Assembly: GCA_043228905.1 (NCBI GenBank)
Contig: JBHGNT010000008.1
Span: 5,084,001 to 5,148,000 of the forward strand
Origin: Azolla caroliniana
Taxonomy: Eukaryota > Plantae > Polypodiophyta
Reading direction: 5' to 3'
Length of the DNA stretch: 64,000 nucleotides
Both the position numbers and the translations under genes were made by a program. Below are positions 38,908-50,117 of the stretch, in pieces. Each line of letters starts with the position of its first letter. The stretch's first letter is position 1. Below the pieces are notes generated by a model. The model saw only the letters and a program-made list of their open reading frames with translations. It made no database searches and was not told the DNA's origin.

Positions 38908-41900
38908 GTCACTCTGACACTCTTATGGAATGGATACTTCTAAGTTACATAAACATGCAGATTTGTGTGAATACATTCTCACAATTATTTTGGACTACTC
39001 TATGGTAAAAGAAGTTTTGTCTAAGGGTCAAGTGTCATCGGTTTAGCTTGGGAGCTACACATATCTGTTCATTTACTAGTGGTAACTTAGTGCAAAGTGT
39101 AGTTTATTCGCCGAGGATGTAAAGGGATGTTTTGATTTATAACAATCTGAAAGGAAATGCTATCACATTCTCTTCCCTGCTGTAATATTGATGATTACAA
39201 TGATTAGTAGTATATTTCCCTCGCCATTCTTCATTAATTTTATGTGTACGGCTCAGAAGGGGAAGCCATTGATTTATTGTCTTGTAGTTGGAAATGTAAT
39301 AATTTGATTTTGAGTTCATATTTCATAGTAAAGAATATTTTGTATAATAACCATACAGCTCCTAATCTTTACTTTGCCTTGCAACTACATACAAACAAGC
39401 TACCATATTTATAGTCTTAAAAACTACAAAACAGTCCATGGAAAACAATAACCGTTTTTAAGATCAGTTTTCTTGCCTTATACCTCCAAAGTGATGTGGT
39501 CACAACTATAGTGATCTTGGTATTGAAAATATTTGTGTAACTTGCTTAATGAAATATAAATAGAAGTTGAAATATCTTTTCTTCATTGGCATATGCAATA
39601 AAATATATGGCTTTTGTTCTTTCCTCATTTTATCCTCTTTGTAATAATGCAACAATTCTTTCTTGGCAAACCTTTGTTAATGGTTGTTTAATGTGAACAT
39701 TTGGATGTGGGCATACGGTTTGTTTGTGAAGCTGTCTTTACAATGAACTTGCTACATTAATTATATGGCTTTTTGTAGATGGGGTGCTAAAAGGATTGGG
39801 TGCATGGGGTTGATGGTCCTTGAATTTGTTTTACTCTTGTGACTCATGAGTTATTTGTTTGTCAAATTGTGTTAAGAAAATCTTTAGTATGTTGTGACAA
39901 ATCCATCAACAATTGGAGTTTCAAGGTTCTTGAAAACATAAACATTATACATTTCTATCTCAAAAACTTTTATTTTACCAATTTACCCATTTGATGTCAT
40001 TTTACACAAAATTCTCTCACATTTTCTTGTGCACTGACAGTTCTGGTGAACCATATTTGAATTTCATTGGTTTTCATGAGTTTACATGATCCTTTCGGAA
40101 GTTAGTTGGACAAGGTATTAAGTAGCATGATGGAAATGTTTTAGAAATGCATAACATCTTCAATGAATGCCTTCATGCTACATTTTACGAAGAAAATGCC
40201 AAAATGATAGTGAGGATTAAATATTGTTGAGAGATCAACCTCAACTTAGTTTAGTTATTTAGTCAACCATGTAACTTCGTAATTACCTAGATAGAATCTA
40301 GTTAGGAGTGTTAACCATAATGCCTTAAATATAACCTTGTACTTAAGTGGGATATTCTAGATCCTCCACTCCTAAGTACATTTAATATAGGACTTACACC
40401 TTAGTACCTATATTCTACTCACACATGTGCACCTTTGCACATGAGATGTATATATACCTCATTATAGGTATTTTTGTATTTGATGATGAGGATGGTGCTA
40501 ATTTAATACAGAGTTAATCATCCCCCATCTTGTGTTATTCATAAGTGTAACTTCCTCTCTCTCTCTTTCTCTCACACACATACACGCACATATCACTTAA
40601 TCTTTCACTTATCAACAAATCACATAATTAGGTACTAATTAACCCGTAGTTAATCACCTAATTATTAACATGGTATCAGAGCGTGAGGTTTAGAAAATCC
40701 ACTAAGCCCACCCGACTCCGTGATTGTGTGTTCGAGACGCCGACGACAAAATCCGGTTATTCGCTACCGTAGTGCCGCTACATAGCACGTGTACATGACC
40801 GAAGGAAGGAAAGCAAAACCGGAAGACACTACAATCAACATGAACACATAAATAGGAAGCTCGCTCCCTAGTGAAAAGCTAGACCGGAGCAATTATTTAT
40901 CTTAGGAGTACAAGATGAACTAATACCTTGTCAGCCAAGGGTATTGGAGCTACATCAACAACGCTCAAGAAAATTGACCCGACCCAAAGAACGACGACTA
41001 CTCAACATGGGAGCAAGCGGCGAGTTGAGTCATGTATTGCTTGTCAACATGTGTCCACGACCACATGCTTAGCCACATTCAAGACGCCAAGACACCCAAA
41101 GAGGCGTGGGAAAACTTAAAGAAAATGTTTGCCGCCAGCACAATCGCCCGAAAGCTTCAACATCGACAAGAGTTGAACAACATTCGACAAAAAAACATGT
41201 CCATATCGGACTACACCACCAAGATCAAACACATTTGTGACTCGCTTGGCTCCATCAAAATAAACGTTGATGAAGACAAGATGGTTCACGTATGCTTGGG
41301 CGGCCTCACACAACGATTCGACTCGTTGAGGACGACAACCTTGGTGAGGGAAAACTCTCCTTTGTTCTTTGACCTTCAATCAATGCTAATGTTTGAAGAG
41401 AACCACATCCAAACCAAAATCAAGACATCCGAAGGACAAATGTTCTTTTTGAATTCAGATAGTGGCCGAGGACGAGGTCACGGTGGTAAAAGAGGCCAAT
41501 TCGGCCCATCACACGAAGGGAACTCAAACCTTCACGGAAGCCATCTAGGAACCTTCAAAAGAAGGGGAAGATTCCATGCCAAACAAGGTCGGCAAATGAG
41601 GCCTGCAACTTGCAACTATTGCGGAAAAACCAGCCACTGCAAGGAGGAGTGCCGAAAAAGAAGAAGCAAGTCGGCTTCGACAAGTCGACAACTCACGAAT
41701 TACGCCATCAACTTCGAATACAACGACTACGACGGACTATTCATAATGAGGCATAGAGCGAACTCTATGTCGGCCTCTGACTCCGCAAGCACCTCCAATT
41801 CGGAAGAGATGTGGTTCGTCGATTCCGGCGCGTCACATTATAACATCAAACCAAGAGTGGTTTCGTGACTTACGAACGCCGGACCGACCCGACTTCATAG

Positions 41901-44050
41901 AGACAAGAGACGACACCACACATCCCATTCGGCACATCGGCAATGTCCCATTCGGGAAAGAAGGCGAACAAACTTGCTTCAAGAATGTCTTGCACGTGCC
42001 CACAATAAGGAAGAATTTGGTCCCGGTCAGCCAAATCGTGGAGCAAGGCATACATATCCGCTTCAACAACAAAGGTTGTTTCATCGAGAAAGATAGCTGA
42101 CTTATAGCCAAGGGACGGAGAGACGGTCGCATGTTCATCCTCGATTCGAACAAGGTGAAATCGGCCATGTATGCCAAAGGTCTCAAAACCGAGACAAGCA
42201 TCGAGTTGTGGCACAAAAGAATCGGCCGCATAAACCTCCAATGGCTTCGAGCAAATGCAATCAAAGGGAGTCGTCATCGGACTTCCGGCATTTGAGTCGA
42301 CTAAGTATGCGAAGCATGCCAACTCGGCAAACAACATCGACTCCCATTCCCGAAGGAGAGCCACGCAAGCAAAGGCCTCCTCGACATCATACACTCGGAT
42401 GTATGGGGACCAGTTCAAATGCTGACAATTGGCGAATGCCGATTCTACGTCACCTTCATCGACGACTACTCGCGCTACGCGTGGATCTTCCCGATGAAGA
42501 AGAAGAACGAAGTGTTCTCCCACTTCCAAAATCTCAAGGGCCAAGTCGAAAAAGAAACTGGTCACCACACTCGATTCTCATGATCGGATGGAGGCAAGGA
42601 GTACTTCTTCGATGAATTCACCTCCTACCTCCAAAGTGAAGGCATTCAGAGAGAATTCTCATGCCGACACACACCCCAACAAAATGGAGTCGCCAAAAAG
42701 AAGAATTGACAAATACTAGAGGTAGTACGAGCCATTTTACATGAGAAACACATGTTGAACTTTTATTGGGCTGAAGCGGCATCCACAGCCATCTATCTCA
42801 TGAATCGATGCACCACTAATGGAGTGCATGAGCTAACTCCATACGAGCTCTTCGTCGGAAGGAAGTCGATCTTGTCGCACCTCAAGTTGTTCGGAAGCAT
42901 TGCGAATGTACGCATCCCGAACGAACAACGACAGAAGCCCGATGCGAAGTCAAAGGAATGTATCCTCATAGGATACTCGTCCGAGAAGAAGGCATACAGT
43001 TGCTTTAACCCCTCGAGCCGAGCAGTTCAAGTAAGTTGAGACGTAGTTTTCGACGAGTTCGCATCTTGGTACGCGCCAACGACAACTTCGACTCCAACTC
43101 CGCTCGACCCGAAATCCGTCAGAATAGAGATAGAAGCCGAAGATTGGCTCACGCGCATGTTCGAAGAAAGCCCGATTACAACAAGGCTTAGTGGGCCACA
43201 AGAGCCCCCGAGCGACCAAGGCACATCGCGGCCAAGTCCAAGCACGGACAAAGGCAAAGGTAAGATGCCTGAATACGAAATCGACCACCCTGACAACAGT
43301 GATTCGAATATGTCGGCTCACTCACTAGACAGGTTTGGTGTACCCATCATGCGGACACCCGGAGCAAAGAAAGTGCTCACATCGGCGAGCGAAAAACTTC
43401 GACGCTCATCTAGAGCTAAGAACCCCATCACTTGGCTCGGCTACAACGAGTACATGGCCCATCACTATGCCTTCACAATGAAGGTTGCAGCCGAACAAGA
43501 GCCCAAGAGCTCCACTGAAGCGGCTCGTAACCCACGATGGGTGGAAGTAGTGTCATGGCAAGACTCGAACCCATGACTTTATGCTACATGGGTCGAGCTC
43601 TTACCATTAGATTAGGAATTGTATTTTATAGGATATTATTTTCATTTATACTTTATCATAGAAAATTGATGTATATTCCAGATCTCTCTGGAACATTCTA
43701 GAAGCTTCAAGATTATTCCTAAAAACACTATAAAAGGAGGCACAAGGCATTGTTTTGAACCAAATTGGTTCAACGCCAGTCTTAAGCCTCTTAGCCGCTT
43801 GTACTTATCTTTTTACATAATATATAGCTGCTGTCATCATCTCTCTCATTCTCGCTATCTCTCTCTCTCTCCTCTTCTCACTTCCTTTCTCGGGAATCTT
43901 ACGCAGTCCCGTCCTCTTAGTACTAATAGTACTGCTGTTCTTAGTACTAATTCCATCTCTGTTTTGTACTATTCCTGACAGTTTGAACCAATTTTTGTTC
44001 TCTAGCCTACTTGTCACTCTCCCTCATCCTCCTACCCTTTTCCCTATACT

Positions 44051-45208
44051 ATGGCTACTGTTAGCGCCCAAGAATACCAATCCGTTTTCTCCGAGCTACA
44101 GTGCCTAAAAGAAAAGTTTGTTGCCCTGGAACAAGAAAACCAACGGCTGATAGGGGATCTGCAACAAATCGCTCTAGAAAAACAACAAACGCAACAACAA
44201 CATGGGGAGTTAGCGTTACGGGTACAACAACTCGAAGCAGCATTGCAACAACAAGGATCCAGTCCCCAAGGATTTCATAAAGAGCCCAAGATTGGACTTC
44301 CTGTGAAATTTGATGGAACGCGTTCGCAATTCCGGGGATTCCTTAATCAGGTACGCTTAGTCATCCAGATGCATCCTTCCCAATATCCCACTGATGCATC
44401 TCGAGTCGGCCTAATAGGCACGCTACTTAGCGGCTCAGCCTTGGCATGGTTTGCTCCGCTTCTAGAAAAACAATCACCCTTACTTAATAACTTTGAAGAT
44501 TTTATTGGTGAGTTTAAAGCCTGCTTTGGAGACACCGACAGCATCAGGACGGCGATCAACAAGATCCGGCGATTGCGTCAAGGCGATCGTCCAGCCTCTG
44601 CCTACGCGGCGGATTTCCGCCTACTTGCTTCAGATATACCCTGGGATGATCAAGCACTAATGGAGCAGTTTCGCTATGGCTTGCGAAACGATGTCAAAGA
44701 TCTACTTCTAACTTTCCCCGAAGAACCAAAGTCTCTTACGGAGGCAATCAGTCGAGCAGTTCGATGTGACAACCGCCTTTTTGAACGGCGTTCAGAACGT
44801 CAATTACAGATACCACGCTCTAGGCCAGAGCCCACTTACGCCGCAGTCGCGGCTAAACCGTTTGCACGAGACACACCTCAAGCAAATACTTCGACACCGA
44901 TGGAGATCGATACCATGCGTCGACGCGGCCCGTTATCGGAAGAAGAAAAGCAACGACGACGTGCCAATCGATTATGTCTTTATTGCGGTGGACCAGGACA
45001 TATCGCCATCAATTGTCCCCATAGGCCAAGAAGACAGGTAAATCAAATCGTCGCCTGTACTAAACCCGAGTCAATTCTTCCCTTCGGAGTGTCTGATAGT
45101 ATTAATAGTACTAATAGAGTGTCAGATAGTATTCATAGTACTAATAGCCCAAGTATCTCAAGTAAATTTGAAATCCTTAGTCAATTAGATGAAGAGTTAA
45201 ACGATTGA
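44051..45208 (+). CDS. gag: Gag, 385 aa
   Basis: ORF track; CCHC knuckle. Confidence 0.95.
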   Translation: MATVSAQEYQSVFSELQCLKEKFVALEQENQRLIGDLQQIALEKQQTQQQHGELALRVQQLEAALQQQGSSPQGFHKEPKIGLPVKFDGTRSQFRGFLNQVRLVIQMHPSQYPTDASRVGLIGTLLSGSALAWFAPLLEKQSPLLNNFEDFIGEFKACFGDTDSIRTAINKIRRLRQGDRPASAYAADFRLLASDIPWDDQALMEQFRYGLRNDVKDLLLTFPEEPKSLTEAISRAVRCDNRLFERRSERQLQIPRSRPEPTYAAVAAKPFARDTPQANTSTPMEIDTMRRRGPLSEEEKQRRRANRLCLYCGGPGHIAINCPHRPRRQVNQIVACTKPESILPFGVSDSINSTNRVSDSIHSTNSPSISSKFEILSQLDEELND

Positions 45209-48200
45209 GTCCAGCCAAAATAGGAGCCATTTGGTTGGACAGCAGCCCTAGATCTGTACAGCCCATTAGTGGTTCCATTCCTTCCAAGCAAGTTAGCAAT
45301 GTGTTCCTAGCCCAAGTCATTGTTAGTACTAAAAGTACTCCCCCAGTACCCGTCCTAGCACTTCTAGATTCCGGAGCTAATTCCTGTTTCATGGATCGAA
45401 ATTTTGCCCAAGCTTCTCAGATATCCTTAAGAAAACTTCCTTGTCCCGCATCTGTAGTGGTCATTGATGGTCGTCCCATTGCTTCCGGGAATATTGTAGA
45501 AGAATCAGAACCCATTCAAGTTGTCCTAGGTAGTTTTGTGTGTATAATATCATTTAATATAATTAGTAGTCCAGAGCATCCCATTGTCCTAGGATTACCT
45601 TGGCTTGAATTACATAATCCAGCCATAGATTGGAGAACAAGAGAAGTCCGATATCGACCACCCCAAGAATCAACTCACCGAGTTTCGACCATTTCACTCC
45701 ATCAACTACGCGAAGAAGGACCCAAGGAGGCAATGTTCCTATTTGCCATATCAGTACATCCTTCTAGCACTATTAAGAAGGACTCCTCAATACAACTTCC
45801 GGCAAAATATCATCCTTATGCCGATGTATTTGACAAGGTAAAAGCCGGTACCCTTCCTCATCACCGTCCCTATGACTGTCCCATCGATTTACAACCAGGA
45901 ACCGAGCCACCATGGGGACCAATTTACAACTTGTCACCCACCGAGTTAGAAGTCCTTCGAGCCTACATAGAGGAGAACTTGGCAAGCGGGTTCATCCGTC
46001 ATTCGAAATCTCCGGCCTGTGCACCCATCTTCTTTGTCAAGAAGAAAGATGGCTCACTTCGTCTTGTCGTTGATTACCGCGGATTGAATAAAGTCACCAT
46101 CCGGAATAGGTATGCACTTCCTCTTATATCAAGTCTTTTAGAGCGAGTTAATGGTGCCAAGTTTTTTACTAAAATCGACCTACGAGGAGCGTATAATCTC
46201 GTGCGGATCCGACCGGGAGGTGAGTGGAAGACCGCTTTTCGCACGCGGTATGGGCATTTCGAGTATACTGTTATGCCGTTTGGCCTAACCAATGCACCCG
46301 CAGTCTTCCAACACATGGCAAATGATATATTCAGAGACCTCTTGGATATCTGTTTGATCATTTATCTGGATGATCTGTTGATTTATTCGAAGACCCAGGA
46401 AGAGCACGATTCTCATGTACTATTAGTACTAAAGCGACTCCGCGAGAATGGTCTTTATGCCAAGCTAGAGAAATGTAGCTTTGACTGCAAGCAAGTGGAA
46501 TTCCTAGGCTACGTCATCTCCTCAAAGGGCATCGCCATGGATCCAGCTAAAATCCAAACTGTACTAGAGTGGCAAATTCCACGGTCGGTACGAGATGTAC
46601 AATGTTTTCTAGGCTCTGCTAACTTCTACCGTAAGTTTATACAGGATTACTCGAAGATTATTTTACCTCTCACACAACTTACGAAGAAGGGCCAAGCATT
46701 TCTTTGGTCCATCGAAGCAGATATGGCTTTTCGGCATCTTAAGAAAGCCTTTACATCAGCACCGATTCTAGCTCATGTGGATACAAGCAAACCATTCATC
46801 ATGGAGGCCGACGCATCAGATTTCGCCCTCGGTAGCATCCTTTCTCAACAAGGCGATAAAGAAGAGTTGCATCCGGTGGCTTTCCATTCGCGCAAATTCA
46901 ATGTCGCAGAAATCAACTACGAAATACATGACAAGGAGTTATTAGCCATCGTGGATTCATTTGTACAATGGCGGCATTTCTTAGAGGGCTCTCCACATCA
47001 GATCATTGTCTTTAGCGATCATAAAAATCTTGCTTATTTTCAGAACGCTCGCGTACTAAATCGACGGCAAGCTCGGTGGGCGCAATTCCTCACGCATTTC
47101 AACTTCGAAATCACATATCGACCGGGGAAGCAGCAAGGAAAAGCAGATGCACTATCACGGCGTTCATATCTTGCACCTCGTCCTGGTGACGCAACATTTG
47201 ATAATCAAAAGCAAGTAATCTTGGGACCAACACGATTGCACACGACGCGGATTTTTCACACCCCGATGGATTCACGGATTACCGATGACATACGTGCAAC
47301 CTTGAAGACGGATAGTTTTGCTCAAGCCATCCTGGCGCACATTGATACTTCTCGAGCATCCTGTTCTCAGTCTCAACAACCAGGTATTGACTACCGACAA
47401 TTCGAATATCATGATGGTTTGTTATTCTTTAAAAAGCGCGTATATGTCCCCGATTGCTCCTGTCGCCTTCAAATCGTCCAACATTGTCACGACACCCATA
47501 CGGCGGGACATTTCGGTAGTACCAAGACGTTGGAGTTAGTGCAACGATCTTTTTGGTGGCCCCACATGTGCCGTTTTGTCGACGACTACGTTCGGACCTG
47601 TGATGCTTGTTGCCGAGCAAAGATGCCACGACACCATCCATATGGCTTGTTGGAACCTTTACCAATTCCAAGTAAGCCATGGCAGTCTATTTGTCTTGAT
47701 TTTATTACAGATCTGCCGGTCTCGAAGGGGTTCGATGCTATCCTAACCGTCGTCGATCGATATACGAAGATGGCACATTTTGTGCCATGTACTAAAGCCA
47801 TCACTAGCGAGGAGACCGCCGCTCTTGTTATGCGTGAGGTATTTCGGCATCATGGCCTACCAGACAGTATTATCAGTGACCGAGGCCCGCAGTTTGTCTC
47901 CAAATTTTGGCAGCATCTCTTCAGGATGCTCAAGGTCTCCTGCAACCTCTCCTCCGGCTACCATCCTCAAACTGATGGACAGGCGGAACGAACAAACCAA
48001 ACGTTGGAGCAATATCTCCGGTGTTTCCTGAGTTATCAACAGGACGATTGGGCCGAGATTCTCCACTTTGCGGAGTTTGCGTATAATAATGCTATTCACT
48101 CCTCGACTCGGGTCTCCCCATTTCTCGCTTATACCGGTTTCCATCCTCGCTGGTCGGTGATCGACACTCCGGAGCTACCTACCAACCCTCGTGCCGAGGA

Positions 48201-48777
48201 CCATTTGGAGAGGCTACGCAAGATCCAGATGGATCTCTCTACTCACCTTCGTCATGCTCAACACACACAGAAGACTTATGCGGATCGTCATCGGATTCCC
48301 TCCTCTTTTGCCATCGGAGATCGAGTATGGCTCTTGCGTCGTCACATCAAGACTACTCGACCGTGCGACAAGTTGGATTATCGACGACTCGGTCCTTTCC
48401 GTATTACGGGGAAGATTAATGATGTCACCTTCCGCCTGGATCTCCCTCCACAGCTTCAGATACATCCGGTTTTTCATTGTTCTCTTCTTGAACCTTATAA
48501 AGCAAACACCATTCCCGATCGTGTGACACCACCGCCGCCCCCGCTGGAGTTGGACGCCGGCCCGGAGTATGAAGTTGCTGCCATCCTCGATTCCAAACTT
48601 GTTCGCAACAAACTTTATTACTTGGTCGATTGGCTCGGTTATAGTCCGAGCGAACGTACTTGGGAACCCGTCGAGAATGTTGCCAATGCACAAGATCTTC
48701 TTGCTGATTTCCACCGAAAGTATCCGGACAAACCCGGTCCGCAGTTAGCGCCGACTCGTTCCACTCGTCGTCTTTAA
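45193..48777 (+). CDS. pol: Pol: PR-RT-RNaseH-INT-chromodomain, -1 frame relative to gag
   Basis: 1190-aa uninterrupted ORF without ATG start; LLDSGA, YLDD, EADAS, HHCC, DDE, GPF, chromodomain EYEVAAILD...YLVDWLGY...TWEP. Confidence 0.95.
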   Translation, partial: RVKRLSPAKIGAIWLDSSPRSVQPISGSIPSKQVSNVFLAQVIVSTKSTPPVPVLALLDSGANSCFMDRNFAQASQISLRKLPCPASVVVIDGRPIASGNIVEESEPIQVVLGSFVCIISFNIISSPEHPIVLGLPWLELHNPAIDWRTREVRYRPPQESTHRVSTISLHQLREEGPKEAMFLFAISVHPSSTIKKDSSIQLPAKYHPYADVFDKVKAGTLPHHRPYDCPIDLQPGTEPPWGPIYNLSPTELEVLRAYIEENLASGFIRHSKSPACAPIFFVKKKDGSLRLVVDYRGLNKVTIRNRYALPLISSLLERVNGAKFFTKIDLRGAYNLVRIRPGGEWKTAFRTRYGHFEYTVMPFGLTNAPAVFQHMANDIFRDLLDICLIIYLDDLLIYSKTQEEHDSHVLLVLKRLRENGLYAKLEKCSFDCKQVEFLGYVISSKGIAMDPAKIQTVLEWQIPRSVRDVQCFLGSANFYRKFIQDYSKIILPLTQLTKKGQAFLWSIEADMAFRHLKKAFTSAPILAHVDTSKPFIMEADASDFALGSILSQQGDKEELHPVAFHSRKFNVAEINYEIHDKELLAIVDSFVQWRHFLEGSPHQIIVFSDHKNLAYFQNARVLNRRQARWAQFLTHFNFEITYRPGKQQGKADALSRRSYLAPRPGDATFDNQKQVILGPTRLHTTRIFHTPMDSRITDDIRATLKTDSFAQAILAHIDTSRASCSQSQQPGIDYRQFEYHDGLLFFKKRVYVPDCSCRLQIVQHCHDTHTAGHFGSTKTLELVQRSFWWPHMCRFVDDYVRTCDACCRAKMPRHHPYGLLEPLPIPSKPWQSICLDFITDLPVSKGFDAILTVVDRYTKMAHFVPCTKAITSEETAALVMREVFRHHGLPDSIISDRGPQFVSKFWQHLFRMLKVSCNLSSGYHPQTDGQAERTNQTLEQYLRCFLSYQQDDWAEILHFAEFAYNNAIHSSTRVSPFLAYTGFHPRWSVIDTPELPTNPRAEDHLERLRKIQMDLSTHLRHAQHTQKTYADRHRIPSSFAIGDRVWLLRRHIKTTRPCDKLDYRRLGPFRITGKINDVTFRLDLPPQLQIHPVFHCSLLEPYKANTIPDRVTPPPPPLELDAGPEYEVAAILDSKLVRNKLYYLVDWLGYSPSERTWEPVENVANAQDLLADFHRKYPDKPGPQLAPTRSTRRL

Positions 48778-50117
48778 GGGGGAGATAGTGTCATGGCAAG
48801 ACTCGAACCCATGACTTTATGCTACATGGGTCGAGCTCTTACCATTAGATTAGGAATTGTATTTTGTAGGATATTATTTTCATTTATACTTTATCATAGA
48901 AAATTGATGTATATTCCAGATCTCTCTGGAACATTCTAGAAGCTTCAAGATTATTCCTAAAAACACTATAAAAGGTGGCACAAGGCATTGTTTTGAACCA
49001 AATTGGTTCAACGCCAGTCTTAAGCCTCTTAGCCGCTTGTACTTATCTTTTTACATAATATATAGCTGCTGTCATCATCTCTCTCATTCTCGCTATCTCT
49101 CTCTCTCTCCTCTTCTCACTTCCTCTCTCGGGAATCTTACGCAGTCCCGTCCTCTTAGTACTAATAGTACTGCTGTTCTTAGTACTAATTCCATCTCTGT
49201 TTTAGTACTATTCCTGACAAGTAGTCGACCTTCGCCCATACACGACAAGCCTTCGTCATCGGCTTGAGGGGGAGGAACCGAGATTGGCGCGGCGAAGAAA
49301 GCCAAAGGCCGGATGGAAGCACACGAAGCCAACGAAAGCCAAAGCGGATGTTGGACACCTCACACTTGAGCTTGAGGGGTCGTGTTTAGAGGTCAAGCTC
49401 AACTTAGTTTAGTTATTTAGTCAACCATGTAACTTCTTAGTTACCTAGATAGAATCTAGTTAGGAGAGTTGACCATAACACCTTAAATAGGACCTTGTAC
49501 TTAAGTGGGATATTCTAGATCCTCCACTCCTAAGTACATTTAATATAGGACTTACACCTTAGTACCTATATTCTACTCACACATGTGCACCTTTGCACAT
49601 GAGATGTATATATACCTCATTGTGGGTATTTTTGTATTTGATAATGATGATGATGCTAATTTAATACAGAGTTAATCATCCCCCATCTTGTGTTGTTCAT
49701 AAGTGTAACTTCCTCTCTCTCTTTCTCTCTCACACATACACACACATATCACTTAATCGTCCGCTTATCAACTAATCACATAATTAGGTACTAATTAACC
49801 CGTAGTTAATCACCTAATTATTAACAAATATAATTGTGTTGGATTCAGAGGTGGCACAAAGGCTATGTTATTTGTCCCAATGTACCATCACTTCCCCCAC
49901 TAGCCCACAACATGCTAATCTTTCACTTAAGTCTAGGAAAGGGCAGCTTAATGCTAGATGAGCTTCCCTAACTTATATTGTGATGAAAAAGTTGAAGCCC
50001 CAACTCTATAATTGGGTAATCAACATAATGATGAGTAAAGCTACCAAGGGATGGGATGGGTTCTACGAGAACACCTAATACACACCTTCGGCACCAAGAG
50101 AGTGAACAATGACCTTG

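Larger units (their letters stand above)
43551..49219 (+). mobile_element. Full-length Tcn1-like chromovirus copy 2; LTRs 43551-43980 and 48789-49219; TSD AGTAG
   Basis: LTRs differ by about 3 substitutions and 1 indel; PPT AAGGGGGAGATAG; AGTAG at 43546-43550 and 49220-49224. Confidence 0.97.
40225..49826 (+). mobile_element. Ty1/copia element C, decayed, RT/RNaseH deleted; LTRs 40225-40670 and 49383-49826; TSD AATAT
   Basis: Met PBS TGGTATCAGAGC at 40671; gag, CCHC, WFVDSGAS protease and integrase fragments; PPT before 49383; AATAT at 40220-40224 and 49827-49831. Confidence 0.93.

Noticed and set aside
1-47790. Large inverted repeat (1-4233 vs 43551-47790) as segmental inversion or assembly artefact
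   Set aside because: Independent insertions of one family: different flanks, own TSD for copy 2 and divergent LTRs
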